Source: Minisyncoccota bacterium (GTDB lineage Bacteria > Patescibacteriota > Minisyncoccia > Phycocordibacterales > Phycocordibacteraceae). Taken from it: a DNA stretch of 64,000 bases. The translations under genes were made by a program, and so were the position numbers. A model generated the notes under the pieces. It saw only the letters and a list, made by a program, of their open reading frames with translations. It had not been told where the DNA came from and did no database searches. The DNA lies in NCBI GenBank assembly GCA_022841985.1, contig JALHQL010000006.1, positions 16 through 64,015 of the forward strand, in the 5' to 3' direction. Positions 10,537 to 21,115 of this stretch are shown in pieces; position 1 is the stretch's first letter, and every line of letters starts with the position of its first letter.

Positions 10537-10890
10537 TTATTTTTTTGCAGCGGGAGCTGCAGCAGCAGGGGCCTTTGCGGCCTTTGCAGAAGCAATCTCT
10601 GCTTCCTGTTTCTTTGCCTCAATCTCCTTCTGCATTTTGCCTCCGTGGCGAAGGAATTTCTTGGTTGGAGAGAATTCACCAAGGCGATGCCCGACCATGT
10701 CTTCAGACACGAGAACCGGGAGATGCTGTTTGCCATTGTGAACTCCCAAGGTAAAACCGATCATTTCGGGACTAATCTGGCTGCGGCGCGCCCACGTATT
10801 TATTACTCCGGAAGTAGCCGGTTTTGCATTCATGACCTTTTTCTGGAGTTTTACATCCACGAAGGGTCCTTTTTTGAGTGAGCGTGCCAT
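10537..10890 (-). CDS. rpsS: 30S ribosomal protein S19 with Ala/Lys-rich C-terminal tail
   Basis: [26 protein letters not shown]. Confidence 0.98.
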   Translation of the reverse strand: MARSLKKGPFVDVKLQKKVMNAKPATSGVINTWARRSQISPEMIGFTLGVHNGKQHLPVLVSEDMVGHRLGEFSPTKKFLRHGGKMQKEIEAKKQEAEIASAKAAKAPAAAAPAAKK

Positions 10891-11094
10891 AAGCAATGAA
10901 AAGCCCGCTATGCGGGATAGATGAAAGATACAGGAAGCCGTCGATAGAGTCAACTGTATCGCTCCAAAACACCCTCATAAATCCTAATCCGTTTCAGAAC
11001 GTTGACAAATGAGTGAAATAAAGTACTAAAATATTAAGGCCGTCCCATGAGGTCCGGCCTTACTTTTTTGGGGTTAGTGGACCGAAACTGCTAT

Positions 11095-11254
11095 TCAACA
11101 GTCACACCGCATAATTGTGACAGCATAATCAGCTGCCGTCAGACGCTCCGATCGGACAATCGCCTCACTCAATGACTTGAGGCGCCTCTCCCATCTGAAA
11201 AGAGCTTTTTTTAATCCTCTCTTCAGAAACAGGCTTTCCCTTAGAATCTTTCAT
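11095..11254 (-). pseudogene. Small orphan ORF with apparent frameshift in an A7 run
   Basis: AAAGGAGG SD then ATG 11254. As written it gives 29 aa; removing one A gives 52 aa ending ...EAIVRSERLTAADYAVTIMRCDC*. Confidence 0.4.
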
Positions 11255-11314
11255 CGGCAGGCCTCCTTTTATTTGGTTATGCTACCAAAAGTTCTGTATC
11301 TGTAGCGGATTATA

Positions 11315-11352
11315 CACGAAAGCCCCCGCACGGATGTGCGGGGGCTTTCGTG
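11315..11352. terminator. Terminator-like hairpin after rplB
   Basis: cacgaaagcccccgcac-ggat-gtgcgggggctttcgtg, 17-bp stem. Confidence 0.75.
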
Positions 11353-11361
11353 ATTCTGAAA

Positions 11362-12210
11362 TTAGTCCTTTCGTCTCTTTCCGACTTTGCGACGAGAAAT
11401 AATGAAAGGGTTTGAATACTTTTTCGGCGTGCGAGTCTTCTGACCCTTGCCGGTCGGCTTGCCCCACTTACTCTTCGCACGGCGAAGACCGCGACCCTGC
11501 TTGCCTTCACCGCCTCCGTGAGGATGATCAACCGGGTTCATTGCAGTACCGCGAACCGTCGGGCGAATACCCATCCAGCGACTACGGCCAGCCTTACCGA
11601 TGACGACGAGATTTGACTCTTCGTTACCGACAGTACCAATGGAAGCCCAGGCGAGATCAGAAACTTTGCGTATTTCAGTTGAAGGGAGCTTCACCTGTGC
11701 GTAGCCCGCGTCATGAGCGACGACTTCTGCGAAGTTGCCTGCGGAACGAACGAGAACAGCCCCAGCACCCGGAGAAAGCTCTATGTTGTAGATAAAAGTA
11801 CCGACAGGGATTGCACCGATAGGAAGACGATTGGCGGGCGTAAGTGGTGCATCGTGAGCGACGATAAATGAATCGCCGACCTTAACTCCCTTCGGGAGAA
11901 TGACGTAACGACGTTCGCCATCGCGGTAGAGTGCGAGGCCGATGAAGGCCGTACGGAAAGGATCATATTCCACAGTCTCAATCTTTGCTGGAATGTTCTT
12001 TTTGTCGTACTTAAAATCCACAGCACGGAGACGACGCTTGTGTCCGCCACCCTGATGACGTGTCGTGATACGACCAAAGGCATTTCTGCCGCCCTGACTA
12101 CCCTTCTTATTCAAGAGCGGCTTGTGCGGCGCATGACCAGAAAGCAACTCCTTGAATGGAAGCGTGCTCATGAAACGGCGACTCTTGGATGTAGGCTTGT
12201 ACGTTTTCAT
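11362..12210 (-). CDS. rplB: 50S ribosomal protein L2
   Basis: GRITTRHQGGGHKR, RPTVRGTAMNPVDHPHGGGEG. Confidence 0.99.
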   Translation of the reverse strand: MKTYKPTSKSRRFMSTLPFKELLSGHAPHKPLLNKKGSQGGRNAFGRITTRHQGGGHKRRLRAVDFKYDKKNIPAKIETVEYDPFRTAFIGLALYRDGERRYVILPKGVKVGDSFIVAHDAPLTPANRLPIGAIPVGTFIYNIELSPGAGAVLVRSAGNFAEVVAHDAGYAQVKLPSTEIRKVSDLAWASIGTVGNEESNLVVIGKAGRSRWMGIRPTVRGTAMNPVDHPHGGGEGKQGRGLRRAKSKWGKPTGKGQKTRTPKKYSNPFIISRRKVGKRRKD

Positions 12211-12219
12211 ACGGGATAA

Positions 12220-12585
12220 TTAAGCAAATTGAATGCTATCACCAGCGTTTAGATACACATAGGCCTTACGACGTGAGGATCGGTGACCAGTGCCACGCTT
12301 TGTGCGCATTGCCTTAGGCTTTCCTTTCACCGTCACAGTACGTATCTTGCGAGGCTCAACTTTATAAATCTCTTTTATCGCACCTGCGATATCGGCCTTC
12401 GTCGCGCGCAGAGATACTTCAAACGCATACACACTTTTCTCGGTTGCAATGAGAGCCTTCTCGGAGAACCAGGGAGCCCGAATAATCTCATTTTCAATAC
12501 CGTGCGTCGGCGCGATAGTACGCGCGCGATGACGAGGCGCATTCATCTCCTTTTTTTCTTTCTTTTTGTTGCCGAAAATTGCCAT
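12220..12585 (-). CDS. rplW: 50S ribosomal protein L23
   Basis: SEKA, ATKADI, RKAYVYL; position. Confidence 0.95.
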   Translation of the reverse strand: MAIFGNKKKEKKEMNAPRHRARTIAPTHGIENEIIRAPWFSEKALIATEKSVYAFEVSLRATKADIAGAIKEIYKVEPRKIRTVTVKGKPKAMRTKRGTGHRSSRRKAYVYLNAGDSIQFA

Positions 12586-12591
12586 GATAAT

Positions 12592-13311
12592 TTATTTAGA
12601 TTTCGCGCGTGCCAGAAGCATCTTGAACGCCGCTTCTGGATTCTCTATGATCAGATACTTGCGCGAAAGTACGTCAACAGGATTGATGTTGCGCATCTCT
12701 TCCGTCATGATATTTCCAAAATTTTTGAAACTCTTTATTGTTGCTGCATTGTATGCAGAAAGAGCGACAAGTGCCGTGTTGTTTTTCTTCGTCGTGAGGG
12801 TCGCGACATCTGCATTCTTCGCAAGAGCCGCAAGAGCGATTTTTGCCGTCGCAGTTTTTGGGGCTGCGAAGATAAATTTATCGACAAAGATTATCTCCCC
12901 TTCCTTTGCTTTCTTCGAAAGCACTGAGAGTAGGGCACCGATGCGCATCTTGCGATTGATCTTCTCGCTGTAATCACGTTCCGGACGTGGACCGAAAGTA
13001 ATACCGCCATGACGCCAGATTGGGGAGCGACTCGAGCTGTGACGCGCCTGACCAGTACCCTTCTGCTTCCATGGCTTTTTGCCACCGCCCGATACTTCGG
13101 CGCGATCTTTCGTGCTGGCGCGATTCTGACGAGCATTTGCCTGCATCGCAGTCGTTACCTGATGCACAAGGTCGCTTCGCCACGGAGCACCAAAAAGACT
13201 CTCAGGAAGAGTAACTGCCCCAACCTTCTTCCCTTCCATAGAGAAGACCGGTGCTTCAATCGCTGTGTATGCGATCTTTTTCGTCTTTGTGATTTTTTTT
13301 GCGGTAGCCAT
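12592..13311 (-). CDS. rplD: 50S ribosomal protein L4
   Basis: EVSGGGKKPWKQKGTGQAR, GGITFGPRP. Confidence 0.98.
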   Translation of the reverse strand: MATAKKITKTKKIAYTAIEAPVFSMEGKKVGAVTLPESLFGAPWRSDLVHQVTTAMQANARQNRASTKDRAEVSGGGKKPWKQKGTGQARHSSSRSPIWRHGGITFGPRPERDYSEKINRKMRIGALLSVLSKKAKEGEIIFVDKFIFAAPKTATAKIALAALAKNADVATLTTKKNNTALVALSAYNAATIKSFKNFGNIMTEEMRNINPVDVLSRKYLIIENPEAAFKMLLARAKSK

Positions 13312-13321
13312 GGTATGTAAA

Positions 13322-13936
13322 TTATGCGGAGACTACTTCAAGAAGAGTGCCGCGGCGTCCTGGCACAGCACCCGAAACGATAATCCTGCCTGCAGCCACA
13401 TCGACCACAAGTACCTTTAGGTTCGTTACAGTCACGCGATCAGTACCCGTACGGCCGGCCATGCGCATACCTTTGGCGACACGACCTCCTGCACGACCTC
13501 CACTACCACCGATAGATCCCGGGGAGCGCTCCGTGTGCTTTTGACCGTGCGTACGTGGGCCGCCATGAAAGCCATGACGCTTCACGACACCAGCAAAGCC
13601 CTTACCCTTCGTAAGACCTGAGACCTGAACAGTGTCGCCAACCGCAAATACTGATGCGTCAATTGTAGCCCCGACCTCTGCCGCAGCATCAGTGCGGAAT
13701 TCACGAATGGCCTCGTAACCCTTCCCTTTCGTGTGCCCAAGGACCGGCTTGCTGATGTTCTTCGTTCTGCGGACACCTTGACCGACCTGCACAGCCGCAT
13801 AGCCGTCCTTACCAGCTGCAGTCTTTACTTGCGTTACCGTAACGGGATCAGCAGCAAGAATAGTTCCAGCACGCGCAACGCCGTCTTCCCCGAAGATACG
13901 GGTCATGCCTTCTTTTGTAGCGAGAATAAATTTCAT
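13322..13936 (-). CDS. rplC: 50S ribosomal protein L3
   Basis: KGKGFAGVVKRHGF, RVAKGMRMAG, GAVPG. Confidence 0.98.
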   Translation of the reverse strand: MKFILATKEGMTRIFGEDGVARAGTILAADPVTVTQVKTAAGKDGYAAVQVGQGVRRTKNISKPVLGHTKGKGYEAIREFRTDAAAEVGATIDASVFAVGDTVQVSGLTKGKGFAGVVKRHGFHGGPRTHGQKHTERSPGSIGGSGGRAGGRVAKGMRMAGRTGTDRVTVTNLKVLVVDVAAGRIIVSGAVPGRRGTLLEVVSA

Positions 13937-13939
13937 TTT

Positions 13940-14076
13940 TTAAAGCAAATCGCGCAACAGCAAAACGCATTGCGCGATTTGCCATAGGTCCCGCATCGAG
14001 ACGTCCAAAGGGACGTCGGTCGAATCTGGTACGTAGCTTTAGCGGCACTCTACATGACTCAAGTAAAAAAAGCAAG
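13940..14076 (-). promoter_or_regulatory. Probable internal promoter and structured leader for rplC
   Basis: Minus strand TTGCTT...TAGAGT; hairpins gcaaatcgcgcaa/ttgcgcgatttgc and gacgtcc/ggacgtc before the ATG. Confidence 0.45.
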
Positions 14077-14098
14077 AAAATGGATGCCAAAAAAAGAA

Positions 14099-14128
14099 AA
14101 AGGGCTGTCGCATATGCGACAGCCCTTT
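14099..14128. terminator. Palindromic terminator after inserted lipoprotein gene
   Basis: aaagggctgtcgcatatgcgacagcccttt, followed by a U-rich tract on the minus strand. Confidence 0.75.
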
Positions 14129-14153
14129 GTTTCAATGTTAATCGAGCAAACAG

Positions 14154-15398
14154 CTAGAATCCGAGAGGACGGAAGACTACTGCTTTTACACTGCCCCACA
14201 AGTTACTCGGAACAGGGACTTCCCTTACCTCCGTTCCGTCTGGATTTACTGCCCACAATACATTGTTGTCAGAAAACAAGATCAAGTTACTGCCGTCGAG
14301 CGCCCAGTAGGGATCAGATCCCGGCCCGAGATCGACTTCCGCACCTCCTGCAAGTGGCTTTACGACAATGTGCGATTGGCCATTCACATTTTTCATGAAT
14401 GCCACATGTGTGTAGTCCGGATTGACCGACATCACACGCTCGCCTTCCCTCGCGTTATTTGCGAAAAGGGTTGGACCCCCTATAAGCGAAGGCTGGTTAT
14501 TTGGAGCGGCCGGATTGATAATCTGTTGCCATATGTCGTTGGTATCTACCTTAAAATACAGTACCGAGACATAGCCAGTCATTGGATCCCGCCCTCCAAA
14601 AACTGGCGAGTACTTACGAGAAGCGTCATCAGTAACACGCAACCAACGAAGTGACCCGTCCATTAGTACGGCGAAAATGTCAGTTCTATTAGGCTCGCCG
14701 GGGTAGGAACAGGGACTGGGAATAAGCGCAGCATCTCCGACACTCATACTGCCAATGTCGAAACTTCTCTCCATAGTCGCAGATGGACAATTTGGAGCCA
14801 GAATTGCACCAGCTGATACAGCAAGTGTCTGAACGAGAGTCGGCAGAGACAGCGACGAAATACCATCGATATTGAAGCCTGTGTACGCAATCCGCTGATC
14901 CGGACCTCGGAATGGAACAATGATAGTTGGCTGGATATTGAATCCGCCCCACACAACACTCTCCACTCCTGTCGACAGATCCATTGCGCATATGGCACTT
15001 GGACACGGATAGATGAGTTTGCCCGTTGCAAGCATAGGTATTCTAGTAACTGTTCCGGTAAAATTTATACCGGTTACATTCGAATTCGCCGCATTCACCG
15101 TTACCATCGTACTTACTGGAGCAAACTGGTACCCTCTGAGTGAGGGCACGACTGTGTAGTCGCCATAAGCGAGATTGGACAGAACGTAGTTCCCATTTAC
15201 ATCGGCCGTTGCATTCGCCGACGCTGGTCCACTTGCAGTGACTGCGGCACCGGCAATAGTTGTGCCAGAGATGCTATTCGTCGCGATTATCGGCGGAGGC
15301 GGACTTGATGGTGGTGAACCGCTCTCGCCACCGCTACACGCTGTAACGGCAAAAACCATCACAACAATGAACAGTCTTGCTGCTAGCTTACTACCCAT
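14154..15398 (-). CDS. Putative lipoprotein: carboxypeptidase-regulatory-like Ig domain plus TolB-like beta-propeller
   Basis: Signal ending FAVTA-C, Pro linker, ADVNGNYVLSNLAYGDYTVVPS, PD40-like PYWALDGSNLILF; GGAGG SD. Confidence 0.75.
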   Translation of the reverse strand: MGSKLAARLFIVVMVFAVTACSGGESGSPPSSPPPPIIATNSISGTTIAGAAVTASGPASANATADVNGNYVLSNLAYGDYTVVPSLRGYQFAPVSTMVTVNAANSNVTGINFTGTVTRIPMLATGKLIYPCPSAICAMDLSTGVESVVWGGFNIQPTIIVPFRGPDQRIAYTGFNIDGISSLSLPTLVQTLAVSAGAILAPNCPSATMERSFDIGSMSVGDAALIPSPCSYPGEPNRTDIFAVLMDGSLRWLRVTDDASRKYSPVFGGRDPMTGYVSVLYFKVDTNDIWQQIINPAAPNNQPSLIGGPTLFANNAREGERVMSVNPDYTHVAFMKNVNGQSHIVVKPLAGGAEVDLGPGSDPYWALDGSNLILFSDNNVLWAVNPDGTEVREVPVPSNLWGSVKAVVFRPLGF

Positions 15399-15536
15399 AG
15401 CCTACCTCCCTGGTTTGGTTTTGATTGACTACCGAAAGTGATTGACAAACATCTAAATCTGCTTCTTATAATATATCTCTAAAATAGACTTGTCAACTTC
15501 TGTTGGTACGTACCCAAAAAATATGCCACTAAAGAA

Positions 15537-15569
15537 AAAACCGCCTGCGATGTAACGGCAGGCGGTTTT
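15537..15569 (-). terminator. Terminator
   Basis: aaaaccgcctgc...gcaggcggtttt. Confidence 0.7.
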
Positions 15570-15607
15570 ATCGGGGCATCCAGTAGTGATTCGCGGGGGA
15601 AACGCTA

Positions 15608-16015
15608 TCAACTAGAAGCGCCGACGTGGATTTCTCCTTTGGCAAATACAGGGAAAATCATATCCCAAGTGTCAGGAACATTCAATAGTGGTTTTCCCCT
15701 CTGTCGCATTCGCTTTTCGAGGTATTCGGGGAGTAATACTTCAACAAGGTTCGGGACGAGATCACCCCACGTAAGAGATCTGCCGTCAGGAGGGGTGACA
15801 TTTAGTTTTTTACATTGTTCCTCTGTGCAGACTTCGTCCGCAGCGAGAATCAGCACCAATGTTTGCTTGTCTTTCCCGCATTCCACCACAATAACGAGTG
15901 GAATGTGTTCTACATCACCTGCAGCCGGAAGAAGTGTCTTAAGTATCTCCTTCCAATCATCCGGGGGAGAATTTTTTCTTAGAAACCTCTCGATGTTTTC
16001 TCGTAACGTCGACAT
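15608..16015 (-). CDS. Hypothetical protein (135 aa)
   Basis: AAGGAGG-ttcgac-ATG start (MSTLRENIERF); flanked by terminators. Confidence 0.65.
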   Translation of the reverse strand: MSTLRENIERFLRKNSPPDDWKEILKTLLPAAGDVEHIPLVIVVECGKDKQTLVLILAADEVCTEEQCKKLNVTPPDGRSLTWGDLVPNLVEVLLPEYLEKRMRQRGKPLLNVPDTWDMIFPVFAKGEIHVGASS

Positions 16016-16106
16016 GTCGAACCTCCTTGCTGTTGAAAATGTTTGTACAAGTCTATGGAGAATTCTAGCATTTCTGCCTTGCAAAATCGAGCCCGTATGG
16101 TGAATA

Positions 16107-16150
16107 TCTAAAACACGAAACCCCGCGTGTGCGGGGTTTCGTGTTTTAGA
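16107..16150. terminator. Terminator after rpsJ
   Basis: tctaaaacacgaaaccccgc-gtgt-gcggggtttcgtgttttaga, 20-bp stem. Confidence 0.8.
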
Positions 16151-16163
16151 GTTTTGGAACTCT

Positions 16164-16583
16164 TTAGACCATCTTGACGTCAATCGTCACACCGGAAGGA
16201 AGATTGAGGTTCGTGAGGGCCTCAATAACCTTTGGTGAGGGATTTAGAATATCGATGAGGCGTTTGTGGATGCGCATTTCGAACTGCTCTCGCGCATCTT
16301 TGTAGACGAAAGTTGAGCGGTTCACTGTCCAGCGCTTGATCTCAGTTGGAAGCGGAACAGGACCGACGATTGTCGCGTCAAAACGCGCCGCGGTGTCCAT
16401 AATCTGCTTCACCGAAAGATCGAGAATCTTATGCTCATAGGCGCGGATACGAATACGGAGCTTGTGCTCTACTGGGGCAACTGCGGCTGCCTTCTTGGGG
16501 GCACGCTTCGAAGCGCTTTTCCCGCTAGAGACGATTGTATCCTTAGCAGATGCTTTTGGTTTCGTTATCGCTGCTGTTGCCAT
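16164..16583 (-). CDS. rpsJ: 30S ribosomal protein S10 with Lys/Ala-rich N-terminal extension
   Basis: LRIRIRAYEHKILD, GPVPLPT, REQFEMRIHKRLIDI. Confidence 0.98.
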   Translation of the reverse strand: MATAAITKPKASAKDTIVSSGKSASKRAPKKAAAVAPVEHKLRIRIRAYEHKILDLSVKQIMDTAARFDATIVGPVPLPTEIKRWTVNRSTFVYKDAREQFEMRIHKRLIDILNPSPKVIEALTNLNLPSGVTIDVKMV

Positions 16584-16607
16584 ATGAGTATCAGTTAGAA
16601 GTCAAGC

Positions 16608-17807
16608 TTACGCCGTAATTTTGGTTACGACACCTGCGCCGACTGTCTTGCCGCCTTCGCGAATAGCGAAGCGCTGCTGTTCCTCAAGTGCAACCGGGGC
16701 GACGAGCTTCACTTTGAAAGTCACCGTATCCCCTGGCATAACCATTTCCTTACCCTCAGCGAGCGTTACTTCTCCCGTTACGTCCGTCGTGCGGATGTAG
16801 AACTGTGGCTTGTAACCGGAGAAGAACGGCGTATGACGACCTCCTTCGTCCTTCGAGAGAATGTAGACCTCGGCGTTAAAGTCAGTGTGCGGAGTAACTG
16901 AGCCGCTCTTGGCGAGGACCTGTCCGCGATGCACGTCTTCCTTCTTCGTACCACGAAGCAAGATGCCCGCATTGTCGCCCGCCATACCCTCAGTGAGTTG
17001 CTTGTTAAACATTTCAATGCCGGTAACGGTCGTTTTTGCCGTTGTCTTAATACCGACGATTTCGACTTCCTCTCCAACTTTCACGACACCGCGCTCAATA
17101 CGGCCGGTGACAACGGTGCCACGACCTTCGATCGAGAAGATGTCTTCAATCGGCATGAGGAACGGTTTGCTGACCTCGCGCTCTGGCTGGTCGAAGTAGG
17201 TGTCCATCGTATCGACAAGACTCTTGACCTTCTGTGCCCATTCGTCGGTGGCTGCCTTTGACTCAAGCGCCTTGAGACCCGAGCCGCGGATAATCGGAGT
17301 ATTTGCGCCATCGTAACCTTGCTTCGTAAGAAGCTCACGAATTTCCTCTTCGACAAGGTCGATAAGGTCAGCTTCAGCTACCATGTCTACCTTGTTGAGG
17401 AAGATAATAAGTTTCTTGAGACCGACTTGTTTCGCAAGAAGTATGTGCTCACGAGTCTGTGGCATAACGCCGTCAGTCGCAGCAACCACGAGGACTGCTC
17501 CGTCCATTTGAGCGGCACCGGTGATCATGTTCTTGATGTAGTCAGCGTGTCCTGGCGCATCAATGTGCGCATAGTGACGCTTCGGTGACTCGTACTCAGA
17601 GTGGTGGAGCGCAATAGTAATACCGCGTGCCTTCTCTTCTGGAGCACTGTCAATTTTATCAACACCCTCAACGCGGGCGCTGTAACCCTCTCCCGTCAAC
17701 ATTGAGAGGACGTGCAGGATACCTGCGGTGAGAGTTGTCTTTCCATGGTCCACGTGACCGATGGTGCCGACGTTCAAGTGCGGCTTGCTGCGATTAAATT
17801 CTGCCAT
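16608..17807 (-). CDS. tuf: Elongation factor Tu
   Basis: [41 protein letters not shown]. Confidence 0.99.
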   Translation of the reverse strand: MAEFNRSKPHLNVGTIGHVDHGKTTLTAGILHVLSMLTGEGYSARVEGVDKIDSAPEEKARGITIALHHSEYESPKRHYAHIDAPGHADYIKNMITGAAQMDGAVLVVAATDGVMPQTREHILLAKQVGLKKLIIFLNKVDMVAEADLIDLVEEEIRELLTKQGYDGANTPIIRGSGLKALESKAATDEWAQKVKSLVDTMDTYFDQPEREVSKPFLMPIEDIFSIEGRGTVVTGRIERGVVKVGEEVEIVGIKTTAKTTVTGIEMFNKQLTEGMAGDNAGILLRGTKKEDVHRGQVLAKSGSVTPHTDFNAEVYILSKDEGGRHTPFFSGYKPQFYIRTTDVTGEVTLAEGKEMVMPGDTVTFKVKLVAPVALEEQQRFAIREGGKTVGAGVVTKITA

Positions 17808-18062
17808 ACGGATAAATTAATTAATAAGAAGTTAAAACTTCTTGCTGACTTCGCTCGCTCGGAAAAGAAATGTGGACATTTCTTTTCACTCACTCGCTTG
17901 TCAGTAAGTCACGAATTAATCCGACGTGAGTCGGAACAAACTCTATAGCTTGCCGACTCACAAAAGCAGACAAGCGAAAGAGCGACGCCAAGATGCGTTA
18001 AAAGCACTATACGAGAAGCCTCAAGGGAATGCAAGACAGCCTATGGACAAAAAAGAAATAAA

Positions 18063-20210
18063 TTATTTACGCGACGCAATAATATCTGCTGCGACATTAT
18101 TTGGAACAGTGTCGTAATGATCGAATTCCATTGTCATGCTTCCACGACCCTCGGTCATCGAGCGAAGAGTAGTAGTGTAGCCGAACATTTCGGAGAGCGG
18201 CACTTTGGCATTCACCACTTTATTCATGCCGCGCTCCTCCATACCTTCGATCTGTGCGCGCTTGCCCGAGAGGTTTCCGGTAATATCACCCATGAATTTA
18301 TCCGGAACGATAACCTCGACTCGCATAATCGGCTCAAGAATGACTGGCTTTGCTTTCTGTGCAGCTTCCTTGAATGCCATGGAAGCAGCAATTTTGAAGG
18401 CAATTTCTGAAGAGTCCACATCATGGAACGAGCCGTCGTAGAGATCGATAGAGACGTCCACCATCGGGAATCCGGCAAGGTGGCCGCGGGACATGGATTC
18501 GCGCATTCCCTTCTCCACAGCAGGAATATATTCCTGAGGAATAGCTCCTCCCTTGATGTTGTTGACGAATTCGAAATGATCCTCGCGCGTGATGTTCTTT
18601 GAAATCTTCGCACCTTCCTCAATCGGCTCCATCTTCTTCATCTTGATCTTCACGTGGCCGTACTGACCGCGACCGCCAGTCTGCTTAATGTACTTCCCTT
18701 CCGCTTCAGCTGATCCAAGTATCGTCTCGCGATATGCTACTTGTGGCTTTCCTACGTCTGCAACGACGTTGAATTCACGCTTCATGCGGTCGACGAGAAT
18801 TTCAAGGTGAAGTTCACCCATACCGGAAATGATAGTTTCGCCTGTCTCTTCGTCGGTCTTAATGCGGAATGTCGGATCTTCGTCCGCGAGTTTACGGAGC
18901 GCAACACCCATTTTCTCTTGGTCAGCCTTCGTCTTCGGCTCGATACGGAGCGACACCACCGGCTCAGGGAACTTGATCTCTTCAAGCACGATAGGGCTCG
19001 CTTCATCGCAGAGAGTATGCGATGTCTTTGTATCTTTAAGGCCTACAGCTGCAGCAATTTCACCAGTGAATACTTTCTCTACTTCTTCGCGCTTATTTGC
19101 TTGCAAGCGCACAATACGACCTACGCGCTCCTTGGAACCTGTTGTCGAATTATATATATACGAACCTGCAGAAAGTGTTCCTGCATAGACACGGAAGAAG
19201 GTCAGGGCACCGACGAATGGATCGGTCTGGAGCTTGAAGGCGAGCGCACAGAAAGGTTCGTCGTCAGACGCATGGCGCTCTATTGGTTCACCAGTCTTAG
19301 GATTTTTGCCGGTTGTTGGAGGAAGGTCGAGCGGTGAAGGCAAATAATCCACGACCGCATCAAGTACGAGTTGCACACCCTTGTTCTTAAGGGCACTTCC
19401 GCAATAGACCGGGAAGATTTCGTTTCCTATAACGGCCTTGCGCAGAATTTTCTTCAGTTCTTCGAGACTTGGTTCCTTGCCTTCAAGGTAGGCACCCATG
19501 GCTGCATCATCCTGCTCGACGATGCGTTCAATCAAAGCAGCCCGATATTTCTTTGCATCTTCGAGAAGTGCCGCTGGAATCTCACTCTCGACAACTTCCT
19601 GACCCATATTCCCTGAGAAGGAGTACGCCTTCATCGTAAGGAGGTCGACCATACCTTCATGTGCCGATTCTTCCCCGATAGGAATCTGCATGCGAATAGC
19701 TTTTGAGGAGAGGCGGTCGAGAATGGATGCATAGGAACGTTCAAACGATGCTCCCGTGCGATCGAGCTTGTTTATGAAACAGACACGTGGCACTTGTGCT
19801 TCATCAGCGTAACGCCAGTTGGTCTCAGACTGCGGTTCAACACCTGAGACACCGTCAAAGACAACAACCGCACCGTCCAAGACACGCATAGAACGCTTCA
19901 CTTCGGCAGTGAAATCAATATGTCCAGGAGTATCGATGACGTTGAAACGGTATTTCTTCGTCGGATCAACCTTATCCTTCTCATTCGTCTTCGCCCAGAA
20001 ACAAGTAATGGCGGCAGCCGTGATGGTAATACCCCGTTCACGTTCTTGCTCCATCCAATCGGTTGTCGTCTCACCTTCATGCACTTCACCTATCTTGTGC
20101 TGAGAGCCTGTGTAGAAAAGCACACGCTCGGAAGTCGTCGTCTTCCCTGCGTCGATGTGCGCGATGATGCCGAAATTACGAACTTTCTCGAGTGGATAAT
20201 CGCGATTCAT
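18063..20210 (-). CDS. fusA: Elongation factor G
   Basis: [35 protein letters not shown]. Confidence 0.99.
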   Translation of the reverse strand: MNRDYPLEKVRNFGIIAHIDAGKTTTSERVLFYTGSQHKIGEVHEGETTTDWMEQERERGITITAAAITCFWAKTNEKDKVDPTKKYRFNVIDTPGHIDFTAEVKRSMRVLDGAVVVFDGVSGVEPQSETNWRYADEAQVPRVCFINKLDRTGASFERSYASILDRLSSKAIRMQIPIGEESAHEGMVDLLTMKAYSFSGNMGQEVVESEIPAALLEDAKKYRAALIERIVEQDDAAMGAYLEGKEPSLEELKKILRKAVIGNEIFPVYCGSALKNKGVQLVLDAVVDYLPSPLDLPPTTGKNPKTGEPIERHASDDEPFCALAFKLQTDPFVGALTFFRVYAGTLSAGSYIYNSTTGSKERVGRIVRLQANKREEVEKVFTGEIAAAVGLKDTKTSHTLCDEASPIVLEEIKFPEPVVSLRIEPKTKADQEKMGVALRKLADEDPTFRIKTDEETGETIISGMGELHLEILVDRMKREFNVVADVGKPQVAYRETILGSAEAEGKYIKQTGGRGQYGHVKIKMKKMEPIEEGAKISKNITREDHFEFVNNIKGGAIPQEYIPAVEKGMRESMSRGHLAGFPMVDVSIDLYDGSFHDVDSSEIAFKIAASMAFKEAAQKAKPVILEPIMRVEVIVPDKFMGDITGNLSGKRAQIEGMEERGMNKVVNAKVPLSEMFGYTTTLRSMTEGRGSMTMEFDHYDTVPNNVAADIIASRK

Positions 20211-20276
20211 AGGGTAAATAAAAAATAAAGCGCCGAGGCGTTAGAGTGAAGAATAGCCGAAAGCGCAAGAAAAGCA

Positions 20277-20306
20277 AAGGGGTGGATGAAATTTCATCCA
20301 CCCCTT
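20277..20306. terminator. Terminator after inserted orphan pair
   Basis: aaggggtggatgaaatttcatccacccctt. Confidence 0.7.
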
Positions 20307-20316
20307 GGAACGCATA

Positions 20317-20829
20317 TCATGCCTTCATATTTCTTAAAGAGCATAATTCAAAACGAACCTTGAGTCCTGACAATGCTCTTATGAGAGACTCTTTTACAGG
20401 ATTGGGTAACGATTCAGGGGAGATGACTGTGGCATCACATGCACACCCCATCTCACCCGTCACTTTGATAACTGCCAGGACCCATGATCCCATTATGGTT
20501 TCCGTCCATATTTCAGCGCGTGCTTTATCGGAGAAAAACCGAACATGCGCACCCTCATAGCCGTACTGACCCATCGAGTTCGCAAAGCCTTTCAACTTAC
20601 TACGAAAACGCAACACGTAGTAGGGACTTTTTGAATCCTCATACCTTTCATTTTCGCGCTTTTCCCATTCACAACAAGCAGAAAACGGAGATGAGCCAAC
20701 GCCAAATAGAGCTTTGAGACGTTCCCACCAGTTATCAACACATGTATTCCAACCTTCCGGTGGAAGATCGGATGGATCTAGAGGATTGAGTGGGAAAACC
20801 GGATGTTTGAAACGAAAACCAAACTTCAT
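20317..20829 (-). CDS. Hypothetical protein (170 aa), paralog of upstream ORF
   Basis: GAGG-ttcgat-ATG; N-terminus similar to 20826..21026. Confidence 0.65.
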   Translation of the reverse strand: MKFGFRFKHPVFPLNPLDPSDLPPEGWNTCVDNWWERLKALFGVGSSPFSACCEWEKRENERYEDSKSPYYVLRFRSKLKGFANSMGQYGYEGAHVRFFSDKARAEIWTETIMGSWVLAVIKVTGEMGCACDATVISPESLPNPVKESLIRALSGLKVRFELCSLRNMKA

Positions 20830-21026
20830 ATCGAACCTCTTGTATGTCTCTTTCCCTCACGTTTTTGCCATTCACAGCAATCTACAAACAAGCCTGACCC
20901 AAAACCAAATAGGGCCCTGCGAAAATCCTGAGTATCAATGTCCGTTGCCCAACCTTCTGGTGGAGGATCGGATGAATCTAAAGGATTATATGGATCAACT
21001 GGCAACGTGAAAGCAAATCCGCGCAT
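20826..21026 (-). CDS. Hypothetical protein (66 aa), short paralog of downstream ORF
   Basis: AAAGGAGG SD; NPLD.SD.PPEGW and ALFG.GS...CCEW.KRE shared with neighbour; ATGA overlap. Confidence 0.55.
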   Translation of the reverse strand: MRGFAFTLPVDPYNPLDSSDPPPEGWATDIDTQDFRRALFGFGSGLFVDCCEWQKREGKRHTRGSI

Positions 21027-21089
21027 AGTGAGACCTCCTTTTTATATATGAACTTCCAACATGGACAGTACCAGAGATGCAACAAAAAC

Positions 21090-21115
21090 AAAAACGCCCC
21101 GTACGGGGCGTTTTT
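21090..21115. terminator. Terminator after rpsG
   Basis: aaaaacgccccgtacggggcgttttt. Confidence 0.8.
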
